From Phoronis australis (lineage: Eukaryota; Animalia; Phoronida), in the NCBI GenBank assembly GCA_002633005.1, contig NMRA01000243.1, forward strand, positions 10,871 to 74,870: DNA of 64,000 nucleotides, given 5' to 3'. The position numbers and the translations under genes were made by a program. The notes below the pieces were generated by a model. That model searched no databases and had not been told where the DNA came from. It saw nothing but the letters and a program-made list of their open reading frames with translations. Shown one piece after another: positions 53,504 to 64,000 of this stretch (position 1 is its first letter; each line of letters begins with the position of its first letter).

Positions 53504-55463
53504 ACTGTCCTGATGCAGGACACCCCAAACACTTGTTTACAATTGAATTTGAACCCAAACCTGCAAAATTGTGGTGATCGTGAACCATTTATGGTCATGA
53601 CATTACACAACAGGACTGATTCCTCACTACTGAGGACTCGCGTAAAAAGCGCCGAGACGAATGATTAAAACGGTGAACACAAAACTTTTGAACAGTTCAG
53701 TGGGCAAGTAGGAAGACGAAGGCAGAAACCCCCAGCCGCAGCGTGACATTGCATGGACCTCGGTTGGCTTTTTGCCAAAAATGGACAAAAGTGGACCTAT
53801 CTGTGGCACTGCACTAAAAATTGGAATAAAGGTTAAAATCTTGGCCACTTACATGTACCTCTAATACAGTTTTAGCGGGAAGAATAAGCTAGGATCTCGC
53901 ACATCTCAGTCGTCGTGATTTCGTAGAATATGAACGAAATGGACGCGACCGCAGCACACGGAGTACTCGTACGCGGCAGCAAATGGGTGCACGTACAATG
54001 CCGAGACCGTGAATTCGCTTCACTCTTATTTCTGAAAATTATTCAACGTTTACATCAATTCTTCGATCTATCTCGACGCTGAATATTGATCGAGCACAGT
54101 AGGCGTAAACGGAAAACAGGCGGTGGCCAAATACCCCCGAAGCGCGTTTAGTCGTCGGAAGCTTTGACTCGGTCAGACATAGAAAAACACGCCCCAGAAC
54201 CCGGCGCTTTTCCCTCACTGGAAGGAGGCGCGGGGTGGGGCGGGTGCATGTCCGCGCGGCCATTTTCGAGTTGTTTGTGTCCGACGAATTCGAAGTCAAC
54301 ACCCGGGCCCTTTTTAGCGTTTTAATATATAGATCCCCGGTAATCCTGTTTTGAAGAATGGGGTTCGTGTTTTTTGGTCTTGTTAACTGTTTTGAAGGTA
54401 CGGTAGTTTGTTTTCGACTCCGTGATTTCTGTTTTACACCAGAGTTCCTGTTGCGATGGAACAATCTGAATGTGCTAATGGTCAGACTAATCACGTGCGA
54501 TGACCGTGCGCGGCCAAATCCAATACACAAATCACATCATTGTAGTTCAGTGTTCTCATAGTATATGCAAGACTGTTGATCTGCTGCGTGATTTGGGGTC
54601 AGACGATACGGTAGATCTGACAGCTAACGAACATACACGTGTTACTTTCTTTCAGCCGACCGGTGAGACGTCTTGGTTCCGTTTCATGAAACTCATTACG
54701 GCGTTTTCCCATTGCTCCTAACTTGTTCGATTCTATAGCCCAACAACAAGTTGGGAAGTTTACCTCTGGAGCCAGTATCTTTCACGACTGATTAACCCCA
54801 TTCTGGCATTTATGGTTGGAGGGCCAGCAGAGCTCTCTTTTGTTCGATGATTGCTCTAATCTCCAATAAGATCATATCTACCCTGGCTGGGCTGTACTGT
54901 TAAAAATAAAAAGTTAAGTTATAATATATTTGAACATGAACCAATGGCATTTTTGAAATCTTCGTCAAATGGTGATCATGTTTAGTTTTTGAATCGCCAA
55001 AATCGCCCAACTGCAACCGAAGTTACGACAATCTATTTTTTCCAAATACACCAATTCACTCTGGGTTTGACTGTGTTCACATGTGGTCTGTTATAAGCCT
55101 GGTAGATAATTGGCTTGCCTGTTGTCATAACAGACAAAAGATTGTGCTTGGCAGCTAACAAAGGAGCTAGATGTTATCACACGCTCACCACCCCTTACGT
55201 CTGGTTAAGTCACAGAACGGGAAAACGCTGTCATGTATTTTTTATTAAATTAGACTGAAATAACAATGCTGTCATCCTGACATATGTTACGTTGCGCTTT
55301 TTAATCATGCAATACTGTTAACATTATGCCAACAATCAAACTTTCATGAAACCATAGACTACGGAGCCTTGATCTGCCTTCTGATTAGAAGGCATGGGAA
55401 CGTTGTAGCTGTCGGATCATTTTGCCTGATGCACTTGTTACGTAATTATGCTTGTTTCTGCAG

Positions 55464-55616
55464 ATTTGTCTGCACGTGGGTTACGAGACTGAACCAGATA
55501 AGAAAGACGAAGAGACAAGAACGGGAGACATCGAAAGTCTCGGTGAAACCATCCGGAAGTACTTTCCCACTTTGGACACAACGGCACCCGCCAAGGTTGA
55601 ACGATGCCTCTACATA
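55464..55616 (+). CDS. PIPOX: PIPOX-like, exon 6
   Basis: ICLHVGYETEPDKKDE...YFPTLDTTAPAKVERCLYI; contains the Cys at the position of the covalent FAD attachment in this family. Confidence 0.9.
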
Positions 55617-55997
55617 GTAAGTCGTAGTTTGTGGTGAGCCAAAACTTAAAAAGCGAGGAAGTAGACCTATCAGACGCAAGAAACTGAGCCATATTCATTA
55701 AAATGTCACGTCGCATGGTGTCGGACATGAAGTTGTAATGAAGCACGTGGTCGAGTCTCACGCTGGGGCACAAGCCAGAATATCACGAGGAACGAAATCG
55801 TGCACTCGCATGTTCAATATCCAAGATCAAAAATAACGTAGCTACTAATATTTCCGTTAGAGTTTGAGTAAGTATTAATCGACAATGAAAAGAAGGCGAC
55901 TTTTAAACATTCCTGGAACATTTAGTAAGGGTTAATACCGAGATTTTAAGAACAAAAACGAAGGTGTCATATACTTCACCATTTGTTTTCTTTTCAG

Positions 55998-56073
55998 AAT
56001 ACTCCGGATCATAACCCGTTCATTGACAGACATCCCAAATGGAAAAACATCTTGATTGCTACGGGTTTCTCAG
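55998..56073 (+). CDS. PIPOX: PIPOX-like, exon 7
   Basis: NTPDHNPFIDRHPKWKNILIATGFS; phase 0->1. Confidence 0.92.
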
Positions 56074-56449
56074 GTATTGAATTGCTATCTGAATGTGCAC
56101 CAGTCAACATGGGCAAAAGTTGAACCCAAACCACATTTAAAGAGCTTGTTTAAATCTCAAACTAGGCAATCAAAAATTAGTTTGAACAAGGCATATCAAG
56201 TTACGAGGCTAAATGAAGAGAGATTTACAAACACATGTTCTGGTATTGAACTGTCAGATGCGTTCCATGTAACGCTTGTTTCTTGCGATTTTCACTGAGA
56301 CCACCAAATCTTAATCGAGATGCATCTTGAAAATTACCAATTCGTGTTGTGCTTCGAATTCTTTCACGGGATGTTATTGGTCAGTTTTCGAATTTAGTCT
56401 CGAGAAGGTTGTGCGCGGTCACGAGACATGGTGTCCTGAAGTCGGGAAG

Positions 56450-56960
56450 CAGATAGTTGCGAGATGGTGAATTCTAGCAGCAAACGCAGCTCATTTTGAA
56501 ACAGTTCTCGTCATTCTTTAAGTGTCTGCTAAGTCCATGTTCCAGGTTACCCGATCATGCAGCGGACCCTTTTGATACATGAACCCTTAAGATCAGTGTA
56601 GTTCGGTAGCAGCCCATTCTTTGACACAAACGTGGCTGAAGGAAGACATAGTAGACAATACTGCCCTTCGCTATGTAAAAAATGACATATTTCGGTGAAC
56701 GATTTTAAAGTCCCTATTGATCAGTCATGAAAAACCTGTGTTGAATGAGAAGCTCACAGGTGTGTACCGCGCGGTGGCTCTGTTTCGTTAGGCTTGTGGG
56801 CTTTCCTAGTCTGAGATACATTCACACTCCGTGTTTGCACGCCCTTCTACCTGTTGTCACCGTTTATTTCACTGTTTATTTTGTATCGACGTTCATTTCG
56901 CCTATTGCCTTATGATGAGACACGTGGTCTCGAAACATAGAATCTAGTTCAACGTATTTG
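56450..56960 (+). mobile_element. Possible Penelope-like retroelement 3' remnant
   Basis: KSLLISHEKPVLNEK resembles the GIY-YIG C-terminal ESL.I....P.LN motif; followed by TGATGA-hairpin-GAAAC. Confidence 0.4.
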
Positions 56961-57464
56961 TCCGTTATTTCTCTTGATGTTTTGCTTCATAACTGCTCGC
57001 GTGAAGATAGAAGATTGTATAGAGATTACGAGCGAGTATATAGCTGTCCAACAAAAAGCACAGTCGTGCCTTCAACGAACTCTCAAGACGAGATTAATCC
57101 GTACCGAAGTTTATTACAGACAAGCCCATCTTGAGCCACTAGCGAGCGTATCTAAGAATTTTCGCAGATATATCTAGGGCGTGCATTAGGGATAAACTTA
57201 TATCTTTGAGTCGTACAGAACTTGATCAGCCTCATTGGAAATGGACACCGAATCATAAACAAAGTAAATTTTCAACCACAAACTCCTACACATGGAGAGA
57301 ATCACATATCCGATATACTATGCATCTTCTCTCTTCGTACAGTATAGGCACACTCGTTCATATTATACTTTTCGTCTCTAATCTGATATTTTCAAGTTGT
57401 ATTCCCCGTGCTAGTCTGCACAAAACTCTGGCATGAATCTACACCATGATTGTTTCTATTGCAG

Positions 57465-57577
57465 GTCACGGGTTCAAACTGGCTCCGGTCGTTGGTAAAC
57501 TTCTCTTGGAGATGATTAAGGGTCAGGCGCCGTCGTTTGATATGAGTACATTCCGTATTGATCGGTTTGAAAAATGA
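57465..57577 (+). CDS. PIPOX: PIPOX-like, exon 8 (last)
   Basis: GHGFKLAPVVGKLLLEMIKGQAPSFDMSTFRIDRFEK*; completes GFSGHGFK; CDS totals 1173 nt. Confidence 0.92.
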
Positions 57578-57630
57578 ACAACAATTCGTTAAACAGTATT
57601 ACAAAGACGTCTGTATATCATTTAAAATCG

Positions 57631-57636
57631 AATAAA
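57631..57636 (+). terminator. Polyadenylation signal of the PIPOX-like gene
   Basis: AATAAA about 54 nt after the stop, followed by a T/GT-rich tract. Confidence 0.6.
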
Positions 57637-58021
57637 CTGTTACAAACTCGTTTCAATTTTTGTTTTAGGGTGACCCAATGAAAGACGTATAATCAGTGCT
57701 GGAGGGCTCCAGCCACATGTTCAAGTACTAACTTGAAATACACAACGGAATCTATTTTTCGTCTTACTTCAAGTAAAAGGCATTTTAAAATCATACACAC
57801 GATGAGTCGGGAAAAAAACTTCCCAATCTTTGAAGAAATCTACCGCAAATTCGCAAAACCAGCAACTGTTGTGCTTCTTATTTGTCACCCGATTAAATTG
57901 GACTGATGAACCATTCAAATTTTCCCAGACGTATGGAATATCGGTTTTTTCCTGACTTGAGAAATTCTTTCAGCTGCCGAATGTTATAATGCAGGTGTGG
58001 GGGGAAAGTCCCGGCGTATTT

Positions 58022-58604
58022 TCAATGATTCAGGCCATAGAGATGATTCTCAAGCATTTCTGGTTGGTCATAGTCTTGCCCGAGTTGTTTGCAGTCTGGT
58101 TCATAATAGTGATTGCCTTGTGTGCTTTCTGTTGAATTCTCAACCGACATAATGACCTCCTCATAGCCTTGACTGACAGGAACAATCTCAGAACTTCTCC
58201 CGACCTTTTCGCTACACACGGTATTTGTGTAGGAATACGGATATGTGTCCTCTGTCTCCAAAATTACTTCCGTATTTAAGGAAAATCGTACATCGACGGA
58301 CGTTTGTGATGTGTGCGACACCTCCGACGATATTTCATTAAATCCTGGACACACAGACGACCTAGTTGATGGGTAGCTCAAACTGCTCTCTTGCGTCAGA
58401 GGTCTGCCTCGAAGGTCGTGTTCGTTGGGTAGTTTATCATTCAGTGCCCTGCCCGTGTATTGCTTCACCCCTACCCCTGGAATGACGTAATTAAGTTCAC
58501 TTTTCTCGTACAATGGATTTAACGTGGCATCCGGCACCTCCAGGAATTCGCTTGATGACGTCAGCTTTCCAACTATAAGATGCCTGTTGAGATTGTCCTT
58601 GTTC
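58022..58604 (-). CDS. Type-I membrane protein, last exon (Tyr-rich cytoplasmic tail)
   Basis: Acceptor tttcctttaag; phase 2 fits the TM exon; NPLYEK, LNYVI, YEEV, HYYEP, DYDQP, ENHLYGL. Confidence 0.75.
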
Positions 58605-58831
58605 CTTAAAGGAAATAAATGACATGAGGAGTCAAACAACATTTTATTTTCATTATTTTCAAAGTCTGTCATCTAAAAGTGAACGACGAGCTTTTAATTG
58701 AAGTAAACAGCAAACAACAAAATTCTTCCAAAAACATATTCTAATTGGAGCACAAAAACTTACCGTTTAATTATTTTTGATCTAATATTTCAAGTCCTAC
58801 ATTCTTCGTAAACAGTTGTTGTTCCGCTTAC

Positions 58832-58919
58832 CTCTTGCAGCGGCAGCAGACGATAGCTAGAACAACGACGACAATTAGGGCCACTCCACTTCCGGCGGAC
58901 AATCCTATTACCATTGGCA
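58832..58919 (-). CDS. Type-I membrane protein, transmembrane exon
   Basis: LPMVIGLSAGSGVALIVVVVLAIVCCRCKR; AG/gtaagc; phase 1->2. Confidence 0.85.
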
Positions 58920-59788
58920 CTGTAATAACAGAATTTGTAGAAATCTGGACTATTAGTGATTCGCCATTCATTGCCTGGAATGAACATGTGCTAAACTGAT
59001 CACATAATTCTGATGTAAGATTATTAGACGTACACAAGACAAGCGTCCGCTTTTATTATGTGTATAGTTAACGGTTACAGCCCTTCACTATAAGGTGGCC
59101 ACAGGACAAGAACAACTTACAGTGCTCATCACCTAGCTTGACGTGACCAAATCGCCAAACGCGACTTATCTGAAATCCTTGGTCGCCTAACGAAATCTGA
59201 GGTCGCCAAAACTGACGTCGAAATCGTCGACAAAAAACCCTCGTGCTGCACTTCGGGTATCTCCTCCAGTTCTCCCCGTAAAAATATGCACCATTCAATT
59301 CAATCTCAAACTCAATTCCTCCTGCCAAAGAACGACGCAGACGATTGGATACACTAGAGGTGCCTGTTTCATGGCCCGACATTCCCCGATTTTTTGCCGA
59401 ATAATTCCCACTTCCTGTTGCAATTTGAGTGAGTGTTTGAGGATGCTCCCTGCTGAGGCCGGCAAAGGCACTCTTTCCACGAAATAAACGAAACATTTGT
59501 GAACCAAAGGTATTGAATTTAGGGAATCTATTATTAATTTAAAGTTTGTGAAATCAGAGCAAATTTTGAAACGAATTTCGGGGGATTTATTGTCTGGCTT
59601 TGATACTCGCTGTGGCAACTCCGTGGCGACTTGGGATTATCCACAGGTTCCCAAACACTATGCCAAGTCATATTGGCCACCTGCAGGTCAATAAATCGAA
59701 CGCTGCCTTAATACGCTTCGCAAAAACACTGAATCATGAATATTTTTATTTGTGAGTGATTGCAATGGTTTGATACAACAGAACTTAC

Positions 59789-60355
59789 AAGATATTGAAC
59801 TTTGCTTCTGCGTAGAAGTCACGTGAGAAAGAGTGGTTTCCATTGTTCGTGTTGTCTTCTCACCACGATCAGTTTTTACTTCTTCAACTACAACAGCAGT
59901 TGGGGTAACGGAATAGCCATCTCTTGTGTGATCGCGTAACGAGGCTGATGGTGCTGCCATCTTTTGTGTAGTAGATACACCATTAGTTGTGGTCGAGATG
60001 GTTTCTAAGTAGGTGAAAGTAAAGGACATAGTATCTTTAAGAGAAGCAACATTATCTTTCTTGGTGGTAAGTAATGTCATAAATTCTGGCTTTCCTGTTG
60101 ATTGTGGGGCTATAGGTGTTTTATTTGTACTGGCGCTCGTGACGTTCCGGGATGTGGGGCTCGTCGATACATCTGGATGCACTGATGGTGAACCTTGAGT
60201 AGAAGTTGAAGTAACTGTGTTGTTTTTTGGTTGAGTTGGTTGAGTGGCGTATACCGCTGTGGATGGTGAAATTTGCTTCGAAGTTGACGTAGCTGAATCC
60301 TCTTTGGTGTAAACTTCTGTGTAGTGAACTGTACTCGTCAGGGGAAATGCGTTAT
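59789..60355 (-). CDS. Type-I membrane protein, Ser/Thr/Pro-rich mucin-like stalk exon
   Basis: 567-nt open exon; phase 1->1; very T/S-rich. Confidence 0.85.
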
Positions 60356-60444
60356 CTGGAACATACGTGTGACAATGACGACAGCAGAAAACTGTTCGTC
60401 GTATTAGAAGTGTACAAAAACACGCAATCGCCACCTAGCGACAC

Positions 60445-60625
60445 AGCTTATGGAGTCTCAGCCGTCGGGAAAGAACTAAACAGTCGCTCGTAGTAGGTCT
60501 TTTAAAATAAGTTTGCAGAACTAGTATTAAAGAAGAAATTAAACTTTCTTTTCTTTTCAACTCGGTGAAATATGCAATGTGAATACTGTCAGCACATTAC
60601 TGCGTATTAGCTATACCGCTTGCAT
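60445..60625 (+). repeat. Local direct duplication, second copy at about 60925-61115
   Basis: Shared cttatgg.gtctc...gtcgg.aaagaact.aacagtcgc...ggtgaaatatgca.tgtgaa.actgtca. Confidence 0.75.
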
Positions 60626-61180
60626 AAGGGACATAGGGGATGTGTCCCCTTATTTTTTGGCACAAACCAAAAACAGCAGCTCGTTGTCTGGGAAGCGTAA
60701 ACGAATTTTTTCAGGTAAGGAGTACTTCATCTAAGCATAATTCTATTTTTGGTGTGATTTTAAAACGTTTTTAACATTGTTTTATTTTGGTATAGAAGAA
60801 TGTTACGGAACAGAACACTGTTTATTACTCTTTGGTCCTTCTTTGTATCCAGATTTCTCCCCATTATTTTTCCTATAACTTCACCGCTGGTCACCTTGCT
60901 AACAATACCGGGGTTATCTAAGCCGCTTATGGGGTCTCTACGTCGGAAAAGAACTCAACAGTCGCGTACGTTCGTAGTACGTCATTTTAAAGTAATTATG
61001 TAGAACTAGTACCAACGAAGGAAAACTTCCCTATATTTTCAATTAGGTGAAATATGCACTGTGAAGACTGTCATCAGATTACTGCACATTACATAAATAT
61101 ACCGTGCCGCTTGCATTGAGCAATAAGCTAGTACCTCATTGCATTGACGCATTAAAGTAAAGACTGGCTGTGCCCAATAC

Positions 61181-61375
61181 CTTGCTGGCAGATAAAGCCT
61201 ATGCCCGTATAGTCTTCGTTACCGCCACCACTTTGACAGCTCGTTGTCTCCCATTTCCAGTTTCCGTTGGTGTTTTTGATGTGAACGCACAACCGAGAAA
61301 CGTGATTTTGCGGCTGATCCCGTCCCCAGTTGGTGTAGTTACCGTCCACGGCAAGGCTTACTAAGCGGCTATTAC
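61181..61375 (-). CDS. Type-I membrane protein, C-type-lectin-like exon (C-terminal half of the domain)
   Basis: NYTNWGRDQPQN...CVHI...WKWETTSC...FICQ; phase 1->1. Confidence 0.85.
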
Positions 61376-63045
61376 CTAATTGATAAAAGTATATTCTTAT
61401 TTCAGGTACAGTTGTCCTTTTATGAGCTACATCAATGAAATACGCCAATTAAGGCTATGCAACGCAAGCCCTCTCTCTTGAAAAACCTGACTCAGAAATT
61501 AAACAATCACACAGAGCATGCTTAAATTGACGAATGAGTGAAAACAATTGATTTGTGGACCCTTACTCTTCAACATGCCCCCCCCCCTCTCCACACACTC
61601 AAAATCTTCCTCTCGGCGGTCGTCATACTGGATTTTTTGCTACCGGTGTCGTCAGATACGAAACCTGTCAGTAAACAAATATTATCAGGCGCAAGAGTAA
61701 ACGCAAAATCCTTGGGCAATACAATTTGGCCTAAATGTTGCAAAACAAAACGCCACCTGTGTTATTTGTGAATCAAGTTACGGTTAGTGCATGTACCATG
61801 ACGTGGATTGATCCGCGAAACCATTCGCAACATTTATAATTATATGTTTTTATTCACGAGACAGAAGCAAGTTACAGCAACATCCAGAAACGATATTTTG
61901 AACGAGGATTGGCTGTGAGAGCCCGACGAGGGTATTATTGACTGGGGTAGTTGACAGAAATTAATTTGCATACGACATGAAATCAGCGGTCTCACGTGAA
62001 CGACATTCAAAAGTAAATTGTTTCAAGGAGGGGTCAACAATTGGTCGGACTTCAAAAGCAGTCGGCTGGACTGCAAAACCTGATGGCTGGTGGTCAAACG
62101 TGTTGTCCGGACTTCAAAACGTAAGGAACGGGTGTTTCTTGGTTATGTGACCTGCATATCAAGGACAAAAGATTTATGGGGGTAATCGCAGTTTTAGCAG
62201 TGTATTTCAATCCAATATGAAACCCAATTTATTATTCACAAGTAACTGTTCGCAACCATATTGTTTAGTGTAATTGATTTTTATCAATCAGAGAGTAAAT
62301 TGGTTGATCCGTTCCACTACATTATCATGGCATGTATGTTTACGGCATCTGCAGGCGATGTATTGCCTACGGTTTAAGATTATTAGAAAATTTTTGAATA
62401 ACCAAGGTAACTGCTACGCAAGAGCCAGCGTGTGGGCGAACTATTGTATTCTTGAATCGCTTCAACACGATTGTCAAGATAAAAGTGTTCTCACAGCAAG
62501 ATTTTTAATTACCTATGAGTAGACGCTTCACGCCAGCAGCCGGTGGGCACCCTGTCTATATTAATACATACACCAACGCCATGGGACTTTTTCCTTTCCA
62601 AGGCTAAGTTATCTTGCCATGCCGTAGCCATATTAAAGCTTACCGTGAATTTAGTTGCTACAATACGTTTTGAGCATCACTCTGAGCACACCAATACCAT
62701 ACACTTCCAAATGGTGGACTCAGACCCCATTGCAAGTGTCCGACTCAGTCGATCTGCGCAACCGATTTTCATTTTTTTTAGTCCTCCGTTTGTTTTTCAG
62801 TAGACAAGGTCCAGAAATTCGAGCCTCCTATCTTTCAGGCTCGGTGCGCGCATGAAATCGTGCTTTGCGCAATTGCCCGAGACAAAATGTTGCCCCCCAT
62901 CTTATGGTATCCTAGATCCGCCACTGAGCCCTATACATCTAAATAACAAAATACGTTCAAGAAATGCTTTAAGGCACATGCGTGTATAAATGATGCTGCG
63001 CCTATATCCAAAGTTAGGAGTATGCGTGTTTGTCAGTTCTCTTAC

Positions 63046-63231
63046 CTGAACCTGGAGCACCTTGAGCGAAGCACCAAGGACAACCCGTTGCGCACGATAT
63101 CGAGGAGTTATAGCAGCAGCCTTGAGAATAACAGACTTCTTCAAGGTCTCCATGTTTGTTTGTATCGTGTTTGGGAAAACAGTCCCATTTAATGATGCCA
63201 GAGTTGGAGGCCATGGAGCAAGCCTGGACAT
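63046..63231 (-). CDS. Type-I membrane protein, trefoil (P-type) domain exon; upstream exons lie beyond the window or were not identified
   Basis: C...WDC...EEVCYSQGCCYNSS...CPWCF trefoil signature; phase 1->1. Confidence 0.8.
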
Positions 63232-64000
63232 CTGTAGTGATAGAATACCAAACGCGTTGTTCTAACAAATGTAAATATTGTAATTATGGTGTCGGCATTT
63301 GAAAGACTTATGATCCAATTACGTATTTGGGTTAAAAGGAGACAAAAATTCTTTTTGTAATTTTAAATGATACTTCAGCACTGTTTAATACGCAGTTCTC
63401 TGTCCACCAATTTTCCACTTGCTAGTTTTCTCCTTTAAATATAATTATATATACCATGAAAACGACGCACTTTTTTCAAACCTTTTTTAAAGTGGCATAC
63501 AACGTAAAAATGACTATTAAAAGTGCTTCACTGCTACTGAAAAAAATCCAAACCGTTCACCGGGTATTTTTTACGTTTTTCAGTAAAAATTTTGATTATC
63601 TGTCGATACCAAAGCACTTTTTCGTTAGTTTCATATTTCAAAAAACGATCTATCAACTGCTATTCACTTAGTTGATTTTTCTCACACACACCAAAGCACG
63701 TTTCCTTATTTGGCATGGCAAGACATTGATGGAGTACATTCCCTTATAGAGAAAATTTGTACCGTTTAATAAAGTCACATTCTTCAGCAAAAATTCAGGA
63801 TGCAAAACACAAGACAAACTAATTTCTGCGCCTGCCTATCCGAAATTTTCAGATAGAAGCATTTTAATAGCTAAAAATGGTCAAACATCAGTTATGTAGC
63901 TTTGAAGTTCAGTGTTGATAGCTCATTACTTTGGTTGCAAGCTTAGAAATAAACTAAAATTAGTTATCCTGACACATATTATAATGTATAGCCAGCGAAC

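Noticed and set aside
54039-54530. 163-aa minus-strand ORF
   Set aside because: Lies in a dispersed repeat; no recognisable domain; frame not kept in the 23-kb copy
58605-58672. ATG start of the 216-aa ORF
   Set aside because: Probably intronic; splicing in phase 2 at 58672 gives an immediate stop, whereas the acceptor at 58604 is in frame
59068-59618. Overlapping 142-aa and 107-aa ORFs between the mucin and TM exons
   Set aside because: No domain signal; the flanking exons join directly in phase

Overview
Eukaryotic, intron-rich and repeat-rich genomic DNA; gene content and transposon families suggest a marine invertebrate (inference). There is one assembly gap (25188-25269). I assembled three spliced genes by hand from GT-AG boundaries and exon phases. 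(1) Minus strand, 9 exons, 21286->554, 438 aa: SABATH-type (Methyltransf_7) SAM-dependent small-molecule methyltransferase. (2) Plus strand, 8 coding exons, 22611->57577, 390 aa: PIPOX/sarcosine-oxidase-like flavoprotein, head-to-head with gene 1 and lacking a PTS1. (3) Minus strand, 5'-incomplete: type-I membrane protein with trefoil, C-type-lectin-like, Ser/Thr mucin, TM and Tyr-rich tail segments. Introns hold non-autonomous Kolobok-like, Transib-like, hAT, Helitron, Helentron-associated (HINE/DINE-like), LINE, Penelope-like and MITE remnants. Most notable: the divergent methyltransferase/amine-oxidase pair, and a HINE family carrying co-oriented CTCF-like motifs about every 150 bp. All family assignments come from motif recognition, not database searches.
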